From positions 30,566,001-30,630,000 of the forward strand of contig NC_043017.1 in the NCBI RefSeq assembly GCF_006345805.1: DNA of 64,000 nucleotides, given 5' to 3'. Positions 13,112 through 25,625 of this stretch are shown one piece after another (position 1 is the first letter of the stretch; each line of letters starts with the position of its first letter). Source of the stretch: Octopus sinensis. Lineage: Eukaryota. Made by a program: the position numbers and the translations under genes. A model generated the notes under the pieces. That model had not been told where the DNA came from and ran no database searches. It was given only the letters and a program-made list of their open reading frames with translations.

Positions 13112-13482
13112 ACTAGCAGTATTGCCCGGCGTTGCTCGAGTTTGTAAGGGAAAAAAACTATATAAGCATTTTTAGAGATGTAAAGTATAATAGCCATCTC
13201 AATATGGCTAACCACAAGGGTGGGGTGTTGCTGTAGCTTTTTACGTTCTGAGATTTAATAATACATTTTTAGAGAGTTACGTCCCTTATATATGCCAAAA
13301 ATGCATTAAAAATGGGGAAAATTGATGGTAAATTATTTTTAAAATCGTAGACTCATCGTAGACGCGCGCTAATACCCAGAAGGGCTCGATATGAATCCCG
13401 ACTATAAGATACCCGGTTTTGGTTAAACTGCACCGCAAAATGTGGAAGTAGTTAGGAATGTAAATCGTAGGAGACAGACAGA
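13112..13482 (-). mobile_element. Non-autonomous Helitron-like element
   Basis: Minus strand ends in a GC-rich hairpin (CGAGCAACGCCGGG) about 10 nt before CTAG followed by T, the canonical Helitron 3' terminus. The 5' end appears truncated. Confidence 0.6.
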
Positions 13483-14935
13483 TTTTTTCCTCCCTTGCTG
13501 TTGCTTTTGTTATCGGCTCCGGAGTTGTTTTGCTTCCTACAGTATTTATTGTGTTTGCTGTTGGTTTTCTTGCTTTCCATCTGATCATAATTCTGTTCAG
13601 ACTTTGGAGTACCGTATTCAGTGAAGCATTTTATTTTTTTATATAAAGTAAGGTGGTCATCGGCTATCACGTGGATGTTACTCCTATCCAAAGAAAGTTT
13701 CGACCACATCCAAATTTAAAAATTCCGCTGAATATTTCGTTAATTATTACCATTTAAAAATTAAAGTTTTGCTTGTAGCAACATTAGTCTGTATTAATAA
13801 TGGATTTACATTTCGTTACACGCCCAAAAATTTTACGTATAGAGGTCAGTTAAAATGCATTGAGCCCAAATGTTCTATAACCTACATATAATTTTATAAA
13901 ATCAAAAGTTAAAAAATCATTTTCCCGGTTTAGGTATACTTTACAGTCTGTAATGTATTTAAAGAGTACCCCTGGTAAAGCCAAGCTACCGATCTCTTGC
14001 CTTTGAGGCTCCGCTGTAAAGGTTTCTAAACGATTAGAAAGTGAAATTGAGCATGCGTTATCTATTAGATGTATCATCTTTGTATTGAATTCAAGTTCAT
14101 TAAAGCGCAACGTGAATATCATTTAATGAAATAAACAAAATATAAGATAGAAAATAAGAAGACAAAGATGATATTTAAAATAAATGGTTGTGAAAAATAG
14201 CAAGATTCTTGTCCAAGAAATTTTATATTCCTTATATTCTCATCTTCCAGTTAAAGTGTGTTGAGATTCTGTAGTGTCAACATTATTATTCTATAGAGCA
14301 TAAAATGAAAATATAAACCACAACTGGCGCCGATAGTTCTCATAATTGAGTAAGTTATCTATTTAGCTAGTAGCCGATGCATGTCTATTAAAACTCGGAA
14401 TAATTTTGCGATGGGTAACTTATGTGCTATTTCTGTTATGCCGAAAGAAGACCTTTTGTTATCGTCAAACTTGCTCAATTAAATGCTGGGCATGTATACC
14501 TGAAAGATGAGATGTAATCATCACAACTTAAATGCTTTCGATTATAGGCGCAATTCAACAGAGTCGATGTGGGGTTTAAAAAATACCAACACTTACCAGA
14601 GTGTGGGTCCAATGATAAGATAGGGAGTCTCTCCTTAGAGGCATGAAGTATCTTGTCGTAGGCGGCACACAGTTGTATTTAGTATTTCTCATAACTTTAT
14701 GGCAGCCAGGTGAAGAGAAAATCTACAATTCAATCTGATGGAATATTTCGATTTTGTTTCACATAAAATATTGGATTTTTCCTATCCAACGGTTTTTCTT
14801 TGCAGGTGAGTGGACTACGTTCAATATTTTCCTTAATTTTTTCCATGACTTATTATTTTAGTATAATACAGGTGAAGCGTCTAAAAATTTTACAAGTACT
14901 TACTTTTTTGATGTACGTCTGTATTAAATGAATTT

Positions 14936-15238
14936 GCGGGGGCACACGGCCTAGTTATTAGAGCAGTGGACGATGTCGAGGGATCGCGTGTTCGAATCTC
15001 AGACCGGGCGATGTGTGTGTTAATGAGCGAAACACCTAAGCTCCACGCGGCTCCGGCAGAAGGCAATGGCAAACTTCTGCTGACTTTTTCGCCACAACTT
15101 TCTCTCACTCTTTCCTCTTGCACCTTGCAGCTCACCTGCGACGGACCGGCGTCCCGTCTAGGTGGGGAACCTATACCCCAAGGAAACCGGGGACCCGACC
15201 CTTAAGAACCAGGCATGGCTCGAGAATGAACAAACAAT
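14936..15238 (+). mobile_element. SINE family B' (B head, different 3' tail)
   Basis: Shares the tRNA head, GAGCGAAACACCTAAGCTCCAC and CCACAACTTTCTCTCACTCT with family B, then an unrelated tail (...GCATGGCTCGAGAATGAACAAACAA). Approximate 9-bp TSD AATG(A/G)ATTT. Confidence 0.8.
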
Positions 15239-15284
15239 AATGGATTTACACTTTATTACAGGCCCCAAAATCGAGCCCAAATCT

Positions 15285-15420
15285 CATCTTGAACATATTT
15301 TATCGACCTCGAAAAGTTGATCAAGCTAAGTCATTCTGAGACGAATTTGAATAAAGGGCGTAAAACAACCGAAAGAAATTCTGTTAAGGATTTTGACCAA
15401 CGCGCTCATCATTCTGTAAC
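15285..15420 (-). mobile_element. SINE family C, old fragment
   Basis: TTTATCGACCTCGAAAAG...GAATTTGAA matches the reverse complement of the family C core. Confidence 0.5.
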
Positions 15421-17929
15421 ATCACCAGAATTAAATTTGGTAATGGTGGAAGAGGCGAGAATTATATTTATTTGATCGATTAGACGTAGCAGGAATTTTC
15501 CTTCAGATTATACCGTTCTGTTTTATGTTCCATTGGTCGTTTTTTTTTCACAAATCCATTGTTCATTCAAGGCTCTTTCAGAGTGAAAGAGCAACGACAA
15601 AAAACCGTATACTAATTATGAAGCATTAGAGAAGTTGAATGTATCAAAATGAAAGTAATTTAAAAAGAGAATATATATCAGTGGTATATCGGAGTAGAGA
15701 GAGAACATAGGGGAGAGAAAGTCACAAAACAAAATTTAATGATGGAAAAATTGCTGGAAGGAAATTGTGAGAATGACACACAGATACACACGCGCGAGCA
15801 CATGTCTGTTTTTGTGTACCTGCATGTGTATTGACATACACAGAGCAAAGGTAGATGGTAATATTTTTGCGTGCTGAATGCGTGTGTTAACAAATGGGAA
15901 ACAGACGGGGAGTGTAGGCAATGGAGGGAAGATAAATACTATTAAATTAAAAGTTAAAAGAGCAAAAGCATGAAGAAATTACTGAGACAGATTGGAATTA
16001 ATTTCAATTTAAAATTGATTTCAGCACCAGCTGTTATAATGGTTCTTTTGCGGATATCTTGATTTAAAATATAAATTAAAGAGACACATTTCTCTTACCG
16101 ACACTCAATAGGACTCAATTAACTTCCAGTAAACTCTCCTACAGAACATTCTTTCTTCGCTATGAAATAAACAGTGGCATAATGTCGTTCTTGGATGCCA
16201 CCATTTATGACTCATATCTACTTTATGCCGTGAAAAAGATACAAAAAGCCTCTGTAGGTTTTTTGACGTATACAACTGTGTAAGTTCGACAACACTCTAT
16301 ACGTTTAGGAGTAAGTCAGGAATTTTATTTCATCTTTTGTTTTACCTGTGAATGTCGTGAAAGACTTAATTTGCGAATGCATCAATTTTTCCACAATTAC
16401 GAATCCAGTTTCGTCGTGTAATTAATAATACACTCACAGTGACTTTGTCAAGAAAGGTAAATATTTCCTCCACTGATTAGATGCCGAGAGCTGACTTCAT
16501 TACTAACCGAAATATTGACATTAATATTAGATGTGCAGATAATATAGTTTATTGACAATTTTAATCAAAAATCTGTTTCCCATTTACATATCGAATTCTC
16601 ACAGTTGGGAATGTATGGACAATATGAACATGCTAAGAAATGCCGTACAAGAGCAGCATTTCCCGCTGTGCATTGGGTAAAGCAGTAAAGATCTGGGAAA
16701 AAACATGATTTCTGCTTTCTCAGTTCAAATTCCATTGGAAAAAACTTTGCATTTATTTTATCTCGGTTTTGATAAAGGAAGTGGTAAATCCATAGAGGTG
16801 GATTTGCGGGACTGTGAAAATAATGGATGAGGTGCACTTTTCTATTCGTTCTTAATGTCAGAGCACCCGGTTCGAATCTATCACGTTCGGCTTCATTAGA
16901 AAACACTAAACAAATGATGAGTTTTCGGTTTGGAACTGCCATGATAGATATTAACAAACATAAATCACTAAAAAACATAACTTCATCGATTTCGTTGTGG
17001 TCGAACGATCAGTTAAATAGCAATAGACATTACCATACAGCATTAAATAACCAAATAAAACTATAAGTTTGACCTGCATGAGAAGCAAATGATACATACG
17101 CCGCGTCGAGACGTACGTCTCATCCCTTTCCAGCTAATCTTGTGACCTAAGAGTTCTAATAAACAATGATTTTGGGAGGGACATCTAGAAGTGTAGTGCA
17201 ATTGCTAGTTCACTTCAGTATTTAACTTAGGCTTCCATCCCAATGTCAATGGCAGGATAACAGACACCTCAGCAATTCGGCCTGTATCATGTTCACTCAC
17301 GTATTTCCTCTTCCAGTGCGCAGTAGACATTCATATAAGACGCATTACCAAAATAATGTTATTATTGAACTCCGTCATCACTTGCTGCAATAAATTGCGA
17401 TTATGACACCAAAAAATTCAACATGAAATACTGCTACGAATATTCAGAAGTGTACACGTTTATTACTTCCAATTATTAAAATGTTCCAAACTGTTAAATT
17501 CAGCAGTTAGTTTTCCATTTCCAAACCGCTTCGACACTTAAGCCTCACAAGACATCCTATTCTTGAATACACGCATTGCCTCACAGTGGATTTGAATGAG
17601 AATTATTTGTCTTGTGAATCCTTATTTTAAACATATATTATTCTTCAATGAATGGTTAGAAATTATCTAACTATTTATAACAAATAGCAGCAGTAGAAGT
17701 CTGCTAGCATATTTAACATAGCAAATATCTAACATTTGTAACGGTTATCGAAATCACCGGAAGTTTGAACTGCAGGCATTAAAATCGATTTTGTTACAGT
17801 ATATTAGCATCTTACAGAATTGAAGAATCTCGATCGGTGAACACAATATGCCTGACAGGATGGTTAACTGAATAATACATATCAAGCAGCTACACCAGAA
17901 AAACTATATTCGTTTACAAGAACATGACT

Positions 17930-18081
17930 TGTGTATGATTGTATTCATATATTTATACTTACATACAAACACACACATATCCGCATACAAGCACACGCAC
18001 GTGCACACGCATACACACAGGCACACTCCAACACACACACATATATATTTATATGTACATGTATTTATATATGTATGCATG

Positions 18082-18123
<42 letters not shown>

Positions 18124-18227
18124 ATATACTCTCTCTCACACATACACACATATATATATATACATATACATATATCTATATCTATATATATATATGTATA
18201 CTCTCTCTCTCTCACACACACAGACGC

Positions 18228-18260
<33 letters not shown>

Positions 18261-18315
18261 ATATATATATAATATAATATATATATATATATATATAATA
18301 TATATATATAAATAA

Positions 18316-18363
<48 letters not shown>

Positions 18364-18433
18364 TACATATATATATACATATACATATATCTATATCTAT
18401 CTATCTATGTATATATATATCTATATATGTGTA

Positions 18434-18465
<32 letters not shown>

Positions 18466-18467
18466 TT

Positions 18468-18516
<49 letters not shown>

Positions 18517-18550
18517 TATATATATACACATATACATATATCTATCTATC

Positions 18551-18585
<35 letters not shown>

Positions 18586-18605
18586 TTGTCTGTGTGTGTG
18601 TGTGT
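17930..18605. repeat. Compound (CA)/(TA)/(CT)/(TG) microsatellite
   Basis: Directly visible; it produces the YIYI ORF artefacts. Confidence 0.95.
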
Positions 18606-19940
18606 ATTCTTTCTCACACTTTATCGACTTACTAGTAGTAGATATACGATAATGGTAGCTGTAATCTATTGAACTGCACAATGTAGCTTGATAAATTATT
18701 ATAGCATGTCAACATATCTGCTTCGCTTTGTTCTGTATCCTGGGGGCAAAACTCGCCACTACTCTAACATTCTATGGAGATAAAATTATATATCAATTCA
18801 AGCACGTCTCTGTAGTAGAGATGACTGGGTGATAATAAAACAGTTATTGAATATGAATCGTGCTGTATCTAATATAACGTTTACACATGTTTTACGTAGA
18901 TATGTGGACGGCGAAGCAAACACATATGTATGTATCAAATGTTGATTGTTATTTAAACAACAGCGTTGGATCACGCACTGTCAGGAATCCTCAGGTTATC
19001 ATAATATGAGCCAGAGAGAATGGTGGAGATGATCGTGATAATAAACCGCCGGGCTAAATATTTTTGTTTAGAAAGTAGTACCTTACAGTTATGAGTTTCA
19101 AATGTCGATACCATTGTGTTTATATCAGAACCCATTATAATTGGGTGAAAACAGGAATGTAAGCAAGTTTGTGAGGAAGTTTGTGAGAGATTGTATCAGC
19201 AACAGCAGACCAGATGTATTTGTTACATATCGAATAAATTAAATTGCCGTGAGAAATGGCAAGTCTAGAATTTCAGATTCCTAACCTTTCACAAAGATGA
19301 AGGCATCTGTGCAACTGCTAAAGCTATTCAAATCTGTTGTCTTGTCTGACAAAGGTAAAATCAAACATCGTGCCGGAAAACAGAAAGCGTTCGATAAATT
19401 TACAATACATCTCTACAAATGTACCCCAACATACGGATTTCCTCGTGTTGCTAAATGTTGGTGTTTATAATGTACACTGCACTTTGCGACTGGCTGGACT
19501 CAGGCTATCTATACTCAGATCATAGTAAAAGATGAAGGTTAAATGTACAGTTGCCGGTTAGAATTAAATACTAGAAAAGTGAGAATACATATTAAATTCG
19601 AGTATGAATGTATACAAATCAGATCACCTGCCTTATGATGCATGTGACATTAATAAGAAAATACGTAAGGATCAACGATTTTCAATTACAATGAAATAAA
19701 GAGGCTAGAACATGTGTTACATAAGTGTTCTTGCTTAGTGATAAATAATATTTCGACACCATAAAATTAGTAACATATAAAAATATTTGGCTTCGATATT
19801 CAGAAGGGTGCAGCTACCGTATCCACAAAAACCTTTTTCTCCCGTTCCTGCAGAAAAATCATGCGATATATTGGGAGGAATCCGCTACAAACACTTAAGC
19901 GAAATAAGAGCGCATTCACTGTTCAGTTAAGGTGAGGCAG

Positions 19941-20348
19941 TGTCACGTGACAACTTACTGGGGCTGCCTCCTGGAGCCTAGCGGCAGGTATTTAAAGGAA
20001 AAAAATTTGGCAAGTCAGTCAGTCGCCGGCTGACACTCGCTGACACTACATCGAAGAGGCCAGGGAACAGAAGAAAGAAGCAGAAAGAAGACATGCACCC
20101 AACACCAGAGCTGAAGACACCTCCGAAAGGGGGGGCCCCACCACGTCAAAATGGTAGAGGAGTAGGGGCCAAAACCGGACGTGGTTCCTCCTGATGATGT
20201 TTTCAGCTAACTGGATCCTATAAAGGAGCTGTTGTCGTAGCAGACCACGAAACACGAACACGTTTGTAATTCCTCCTTTCTGTTACAAACACGTAGAGAT
20301 TCCTGTTTCTATTTTTTTCACTGCTGCTATAGAGGCCCTTTGCAGACA
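19941..20348 (+). mobile_element. Candidate solo LTR (Ty3/gypsy-like)
   Basis: Begins TGTC, ends GACA, flanked by a 4-bp direct repeat GCAG. GC-richer than the flanks. TATTTAAAG at 19989 and TCAGTC at 20015. No clear AATAAA. Confidence 0.45.
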
Positions 20349-20802
20349 GCAGCTGTAGTGTGACCTTCACAGCATTCATTCATCTCTCTTTGTCCGTGGT
20401 GTACAATGAGTTTTCACCCAGGTACCAACTTAATGGCTACGCTTAGTTTTCTCTCCCTAGGATATTAGCATCTGAAATTTCTTTTTCTTGAATTTAAATA
20501 ATTTTTTTGTCCTGTTGGCCATTTAGTTTCTATGCAGACTATTGGTGCAGCTTTTTCTTGAAGCCAACCAACATATGAGTGTATATGCGTGCTTCTTTGC
20601 TTGTACACTTCTGTGTATGTGTTTATGCATATACGAATGCACACATGTAAACAGACAGACACACATTTATGCACACACACACATACACATATAAATATAT
20701 ATTTGTGTTTTGTGTGTGTAATTGGATGAATTGTTTCCAAATTACACTAAAATAAAATCTAAAGAAGAGACAACATCTTTTATTAAAAATATAATGTATA
20801 TG

Positions 20803-20836
<34 letters not shown>

Positions 20837-20847
20837 ATATAATATAT

Positions 20848-20914
<67 letters not shown>

Positions 20915-21954
20915 TATATGTATATATATATATATGTATATATATATATGTATATATATGCATTTTTTCATAGAAAAAAGCAATAACAATGATCTTCTGA
21001 TCTCTAGAAATTTCCCTTTTCAAAGGTAAAAGAATGGCTGCTGCATTGAGAGATATTTAGCCACGATTAAGGTAGCTATTATTTGGTATTTAATCTTTCA
21101 ACTTTTCCACTAAACTACTTACTTGTCTAATGGTAAATCTTTATTCCAAACATATTCAAAATGCCTGTTCTTCTACTTTACAGTCGTACTTAAAACAAAT
21201 AGAAGAAAATAAAAAAAAGAAGAAAAAAAAAACAGAGAAGGAAGTACAAAATAAAACATACATGCTGAAAGAGAAAACAATGCTTGATATATTCATTTTC
21301 CAGTGTACGTTTTACGCTAAAGTGGATATATTGGAATTATATATCTATGTTGCCATCGATTTTTCAATTTTTCTCTATTTTGGCTCTCCTGATGCTGTTA
21401 GTAGTTTAGTCATTGCTACTCCGGTTCCTACAGCTACCACGACCACCACCACTAACGCTGTTATCGATGATGTTATTGTTATTGTGACTATTGTCCTGCT
21501 TCTTGTATTTATATTTACCTTATCCTGTTTTATGTCGTCATCACCACCATCACCACCACCATCACCACCGCTGCAGCTGCTGTTGTTGTTGTTGGCGATG
21601 GTAGTGGCGCTCCTATTTCGTTTTCTGTTCAAAAATTTTGTTTTCAAATATCTATTGTTTGAATTTTTATAATCTTGAGAACCAACATTCATATTATTTG
21701 ACCCGCTAACGTTTCTTCAAAGCGAAATACTTGCACCAATAAAGAAATTTCTCTTTAAAATATATATATTTTGTATTCAAATGTGTTCTGCTTTCTTTTC
21801 GTTCCTTTCCTCTTCTTTCAGTTCAAATTATTGGCTATCAAGTAGATGTAGATGCTCTTTGCGGAAAGTGTTTTCCTGCAGCTCAAATAGTTGACAGAGC
21901 TTCAGATTTGTGTCACAAGAATTACAAGGGTGGACATCTTGAATCGGCAATCTT

Positions 21955-22050
21955 ATCAAAGAATAAGTCCTGGGGTCGACTTGCTCGACTAAAGGCGGTG
22001 CTCCAGCATGGCTACAGTCAAATGACTGAAACAAGTAAAAGAGCAAAAGA
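21955..22050 (+). mobile_element. SINE family A, 3' fragment
   Basis: AAAGAATAAGTCCTGGGGTCGACTTGCTCGACTAAAGGCGGTGCTCCAGCATGG...GAAACAAGTAAAAGAG. Confidence 0.75.
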
Positions 22051-22129
22051 AGAGAATCACCTATCACTTAATGCATGTGCATAAGTGCAATTCTGTGAAA
22101 TTTTCACACCCATTTACATGCCAGATAAT

Positions 22130-22360
22130 CCGTTTGTCTGTCCTTGTTTGTCCTCTCTGTGTTTATCCCCTTGAGGGTAGTAAAGAAATAGGTATCTTGT
22201 CAGTCTTCCGCTTCGGATTTCAAATTCCATGGTCGACTTTGGCTTTCAACCATTTGGGGTCGATAAATTAAGCGTCAGTGAACACTGGGGTCGACGTAAT
22301 CGATTCATTCCCTCCCTCAAAATTTCAGGCCCTGTTTCTCATCTAGAAAGGATTATTATT
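22130..22360 (+). mobile_element. SINE family C fragment
   Basis: Family C junction and core followed by an (ATT)n-like tail. Confidence 0.75.
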
Positions 22361-23234
22361 ATTGTTATTAATATCAATAAATCCATAATGTAACGTTTCT
22401 CTCTCCCTCTCTTTCCTTCCTTAACGCTTTCCATCCCTCCCTCTCTCTCCCCCTCCCGCTCTCACTCCTCTCTAATTATTTCCCTGTCTCTTCGAGAGTT
22501 TTCTCTAGAAATTAAATTACAGTTTTAATTGTGTAAGCTTGCTTACAAAGCATATTTGATTTAATTAAATAATTCTCGCCACTCTGTGATAGAAATCTTA
22601 TTTACAATTTTGTGTTTTCATTTTGCTCGAGCTGACATCAAAAAGCTTCAACTAAAATTTGATAATATTTTCCTCTATCTTTTCGCATAACAACTGCTTC
22701 ATGATGCAAATTAATTATATTCAAATGATTTTCACCCCATTTAGAACAAAAAATAAAAATTAGAATAGTATAAATAGCTTTTTGTTTCGTGTTGATTCGC
22801 AACGGCAACAAAGCGGCAAGCGAACTCCCATCCATAAAAAAACAAACAAAATAAACTTCTCTGTAGACGTGCATGGGCATAAAATTAATGAAATATGCTT
22901 TGCATCGTTAAAATAGACATTGGAATAACCCGAAAATTTTATTGAAAATCGTAGGAGGAATAAAATAAATGACATTTGATTCACTTTAGAAGAGTTCTCA
23001 CAGGACAAATTTTGCAGAGTGTAGTCAAATATGTGTACTACCCATTTGTCTGTAGCTAGAGAAAGCATTTAGATTCTATCTTTCTGGTCCTGAACATAAA
23101 GTAGGAGTTTCCGTTAAATCAACATTTTTTGGTGTTTGTGAAATCGCAATCTTCTCTGATCGAACTAATTAGAATTCTACAGTGAGAAATCCTTAAGATC
23201 TCAGTTTTCTTTACACTAATCTGTTTAAACATCA

Positions 23235-23500
23235 ACATGCTTGGCGGTACGATAAGGAACTTGCTTCCAAACAGCATTGTTCTGGGTTCAGTCCCACTGC
23301 CTGGCACCTTGGGCAACTATCAAACTTGGGCAAACAAAAGCCTTTTGGAGTGGATTTGATTTGATCGAAACTTAAAGAAGCCTTTCGTAACTACATATCT
23401 ATTTATGCGTCTTTGCGTCTGCGTTTGTTCCCAATCACTCATTGACAACAGGTGCTAGAGTGTTTACGTAACTTAGCAGCTCTGCAAAATAGACCGATAC
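23235..23500 (+). mobile_element. SINE family A, diverged
   Basis: GGGTTCAGTCCCACTGCCTGGCACCTTGGGCAA and GAGTGGATTTG motifs. Confidence 0.65.
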
Positions 23501-23580
23501 TGCAACAATAGTGAATAGTCACTGCAGTGAAAATACCTGTAGGTCATTGTAAAATGCTTTTTTGACTATTGTTAATTATA

Positions 23581-23663
<83 letters not shown>

Positions 23664-23677
23664 ATATATACATATAT

Positions 23678-23877
23678 CGCCATGATAAATCGTTAGCCAC
23701 TACACACATTTTTTTCTCTCTTCGTTTCTCTCCATGTTTTTTCTGTGTCCCTTTCTGTAGAAGAGCGTAGGCTCGAAACGTAAAAGACTTTTTCTCTTCC
23801 TGAGCGTTATACTAATACATCTGTTTGTTTTGTACACCACCTGTCTTCGTCATTTGTTTTTTTTCGTAAACTCTCCC
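23678..23877 (+). mobile_element. Short Penelope/retrozyme-like element with minimal hammerhead-like motif, inside (TA)n
   Basis: 23751-23786: CTTT-CTGTAGA-A-GAGC(GTAG)GCTC-GAAA-CG-TA-AAAG. Related copies at 30.0 and 63.8 kb. Confidence 0.65.
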
Positions 23878-23893
23878 TATATATATCTATCTA

Positions 23894-23941
<48 letters not shown>

Positions 23942-24622
23942 TAAATAGATAAACTCTGAACCTTGAATATTAACACGGGGTCTGAACTGTCTGATGTGGG
24001 CTTATAAGGTAATATAAAGCGCACAACAATAATGAAAGGAAAAAAATATCGGCTTGAACTTGTTACTACATTATTTCAACTGTCGCATCAGTCACCGTCT
24101 ACGATAACCTATGATGCCACAAGACAGAAGCAATGCTTAGATGCTCCTCATAAGGGTACTACAAATAAGCAAGCACATTTGTAAGGGGAAAATCAATAAA
24201 TACAATTTAAACTTGCTGCGATCAAAAACAAATTACCAAGTAAGTACAAGGCTAGAAAGGAGAGAAAGCGGATGGTAAAGGATAGAATCAAAGACGTGCA
24301 ACCACAAAGACGGAGCAGTTGTAGTTTGAGCAGGGGAGAAACGCTAAACTTGGACATATTTTGCTCATACGTTGTCTTACAGAAGAGACTGGGAGAAGCC
24401 TGTGCAGTTATCACGTCGGGTGTGCGACAGGTACTTTAGGCATAATAAAAATCAACTCTTGGGCCTGTGGCGAATCTATTTTTCGCCGCGTTTGCTTATA
24501 GAGAAAACGTACAGATACAAACTAATACGCTCTATACCACAGACTTTAGCCTTATGCGTCTTGCGTATTTAAATTCGGTTATTACATGATTGTATCACTC
24601 GCTCCTCTGTTTGAATATATAT

Positions 24623-25625
24623 GTTATTCTTTCATTCACTCACTGGTTTCAGCCAGACGCTGGGTTTACGCTCGAGTACCACATTTCATTGTTTTAGGGT
24701 CTCCATTCAGTACTCTTTTTGGTGAAGTACCGAGTTGGACGAAGCTGCACTGTGTCTCCTGCGTTGATGTCGGCTCATCAAGGTTTCTAGATAGAAATTT
24801 ATCCAGGTAACTTTTACACGATTCCACATCTACACCGTTCAGATCTCTTGGGTTTCGTGGCAAGATATCAAACATTTGTGGATTCTTGAAACGCAAGTTT
24901 TTTTGCAAAATTGGCTACTTATCTTCGATAAAGGAGACACTATCTTTGCTACTATGCAGTGCCGTCCAGTTCAGTGGATGGTATAACAATTAATTCCAAA
25001 TTTGGGATCTAGACATTCCAGGATATTCTATATGTATATCACTGCTTACCTTCCTCGCCTTCTCTTCAGAGAGTAAAGCCTCAGTTCTTGTCGCCTCACA
25101 CATTACCTCATATGTTTCACCGAGTCAAACTTCTTTGCGTAGTAGTGTTGGATTGCGTCAAGTTCCGCCACCTATTTGACGCTCGACGGCAACCAAAGTT
25201 GGGAGCAGTAATCCAGACACCTGAGTGGCAGGGTATCATTATTCGTGATACTGAATGATATAAAGATCCACCCAGTTACTCGCCTGCACAGTGTAGCCAT
25301 CTTGGTAAAATGAACATGGAATGTTTCATTACTATGCATGTCGATTCTCATGACACACACCGATTTTAACTCCCGGATTCCACTACCTATTGGTCCTATG
25401 TATTCCGATTGTTGATTCCTAGTGGGCCAATAGCGGAGTGCTTTGTACTTATCAGCATTGAGGTGCATGTTATTTTCGTTTATATACTGCGGGTATTTTG
25501 CAATCTTACTATTGCACCAGGGATTCAGATGCCTGAAACATTTGGCATCAGCATAGTTGGTAAGAGTTGCGGAGTGTACGAGAGAGGTACTACAAACAGC
25601 AGTGACCTCAAAAAAATTTCCTTCG
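24623..25625 (-). mobile_element. CR1-like LINE, 5'-truncated and degraded (RT C-terminal half and 3' end)
   Basis: Translations LTNYADAK, NNMHLNADKYKAL, LDYCSQLW, LRLYSL.RRR and FDILPRNPRDLNGVDV..LDKFLS..DEPT. Multiple stops and frameshifts. Confidence 0.85.

Noticed and set aside
17904-18652. Numerous [12 protein letters not shown] ORFs here and across the window
   Set aside because: Dinucleotide microsatellites lack stop codons; these ORFs are artefacts.
20190-20270. CTGATGA...CGAAAC in the LTR candidate, and similar pairs near 41850 and 42970
   Set aside because: No stem I or stem III pairing around the core words; chance matches.
20810-20960. Regular TT/AA interruptions in (TA)n tracts as a coded pattern
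   Set aside because: Single-base phase slips are expected from slippage or long-read consensus error; no consistent period.
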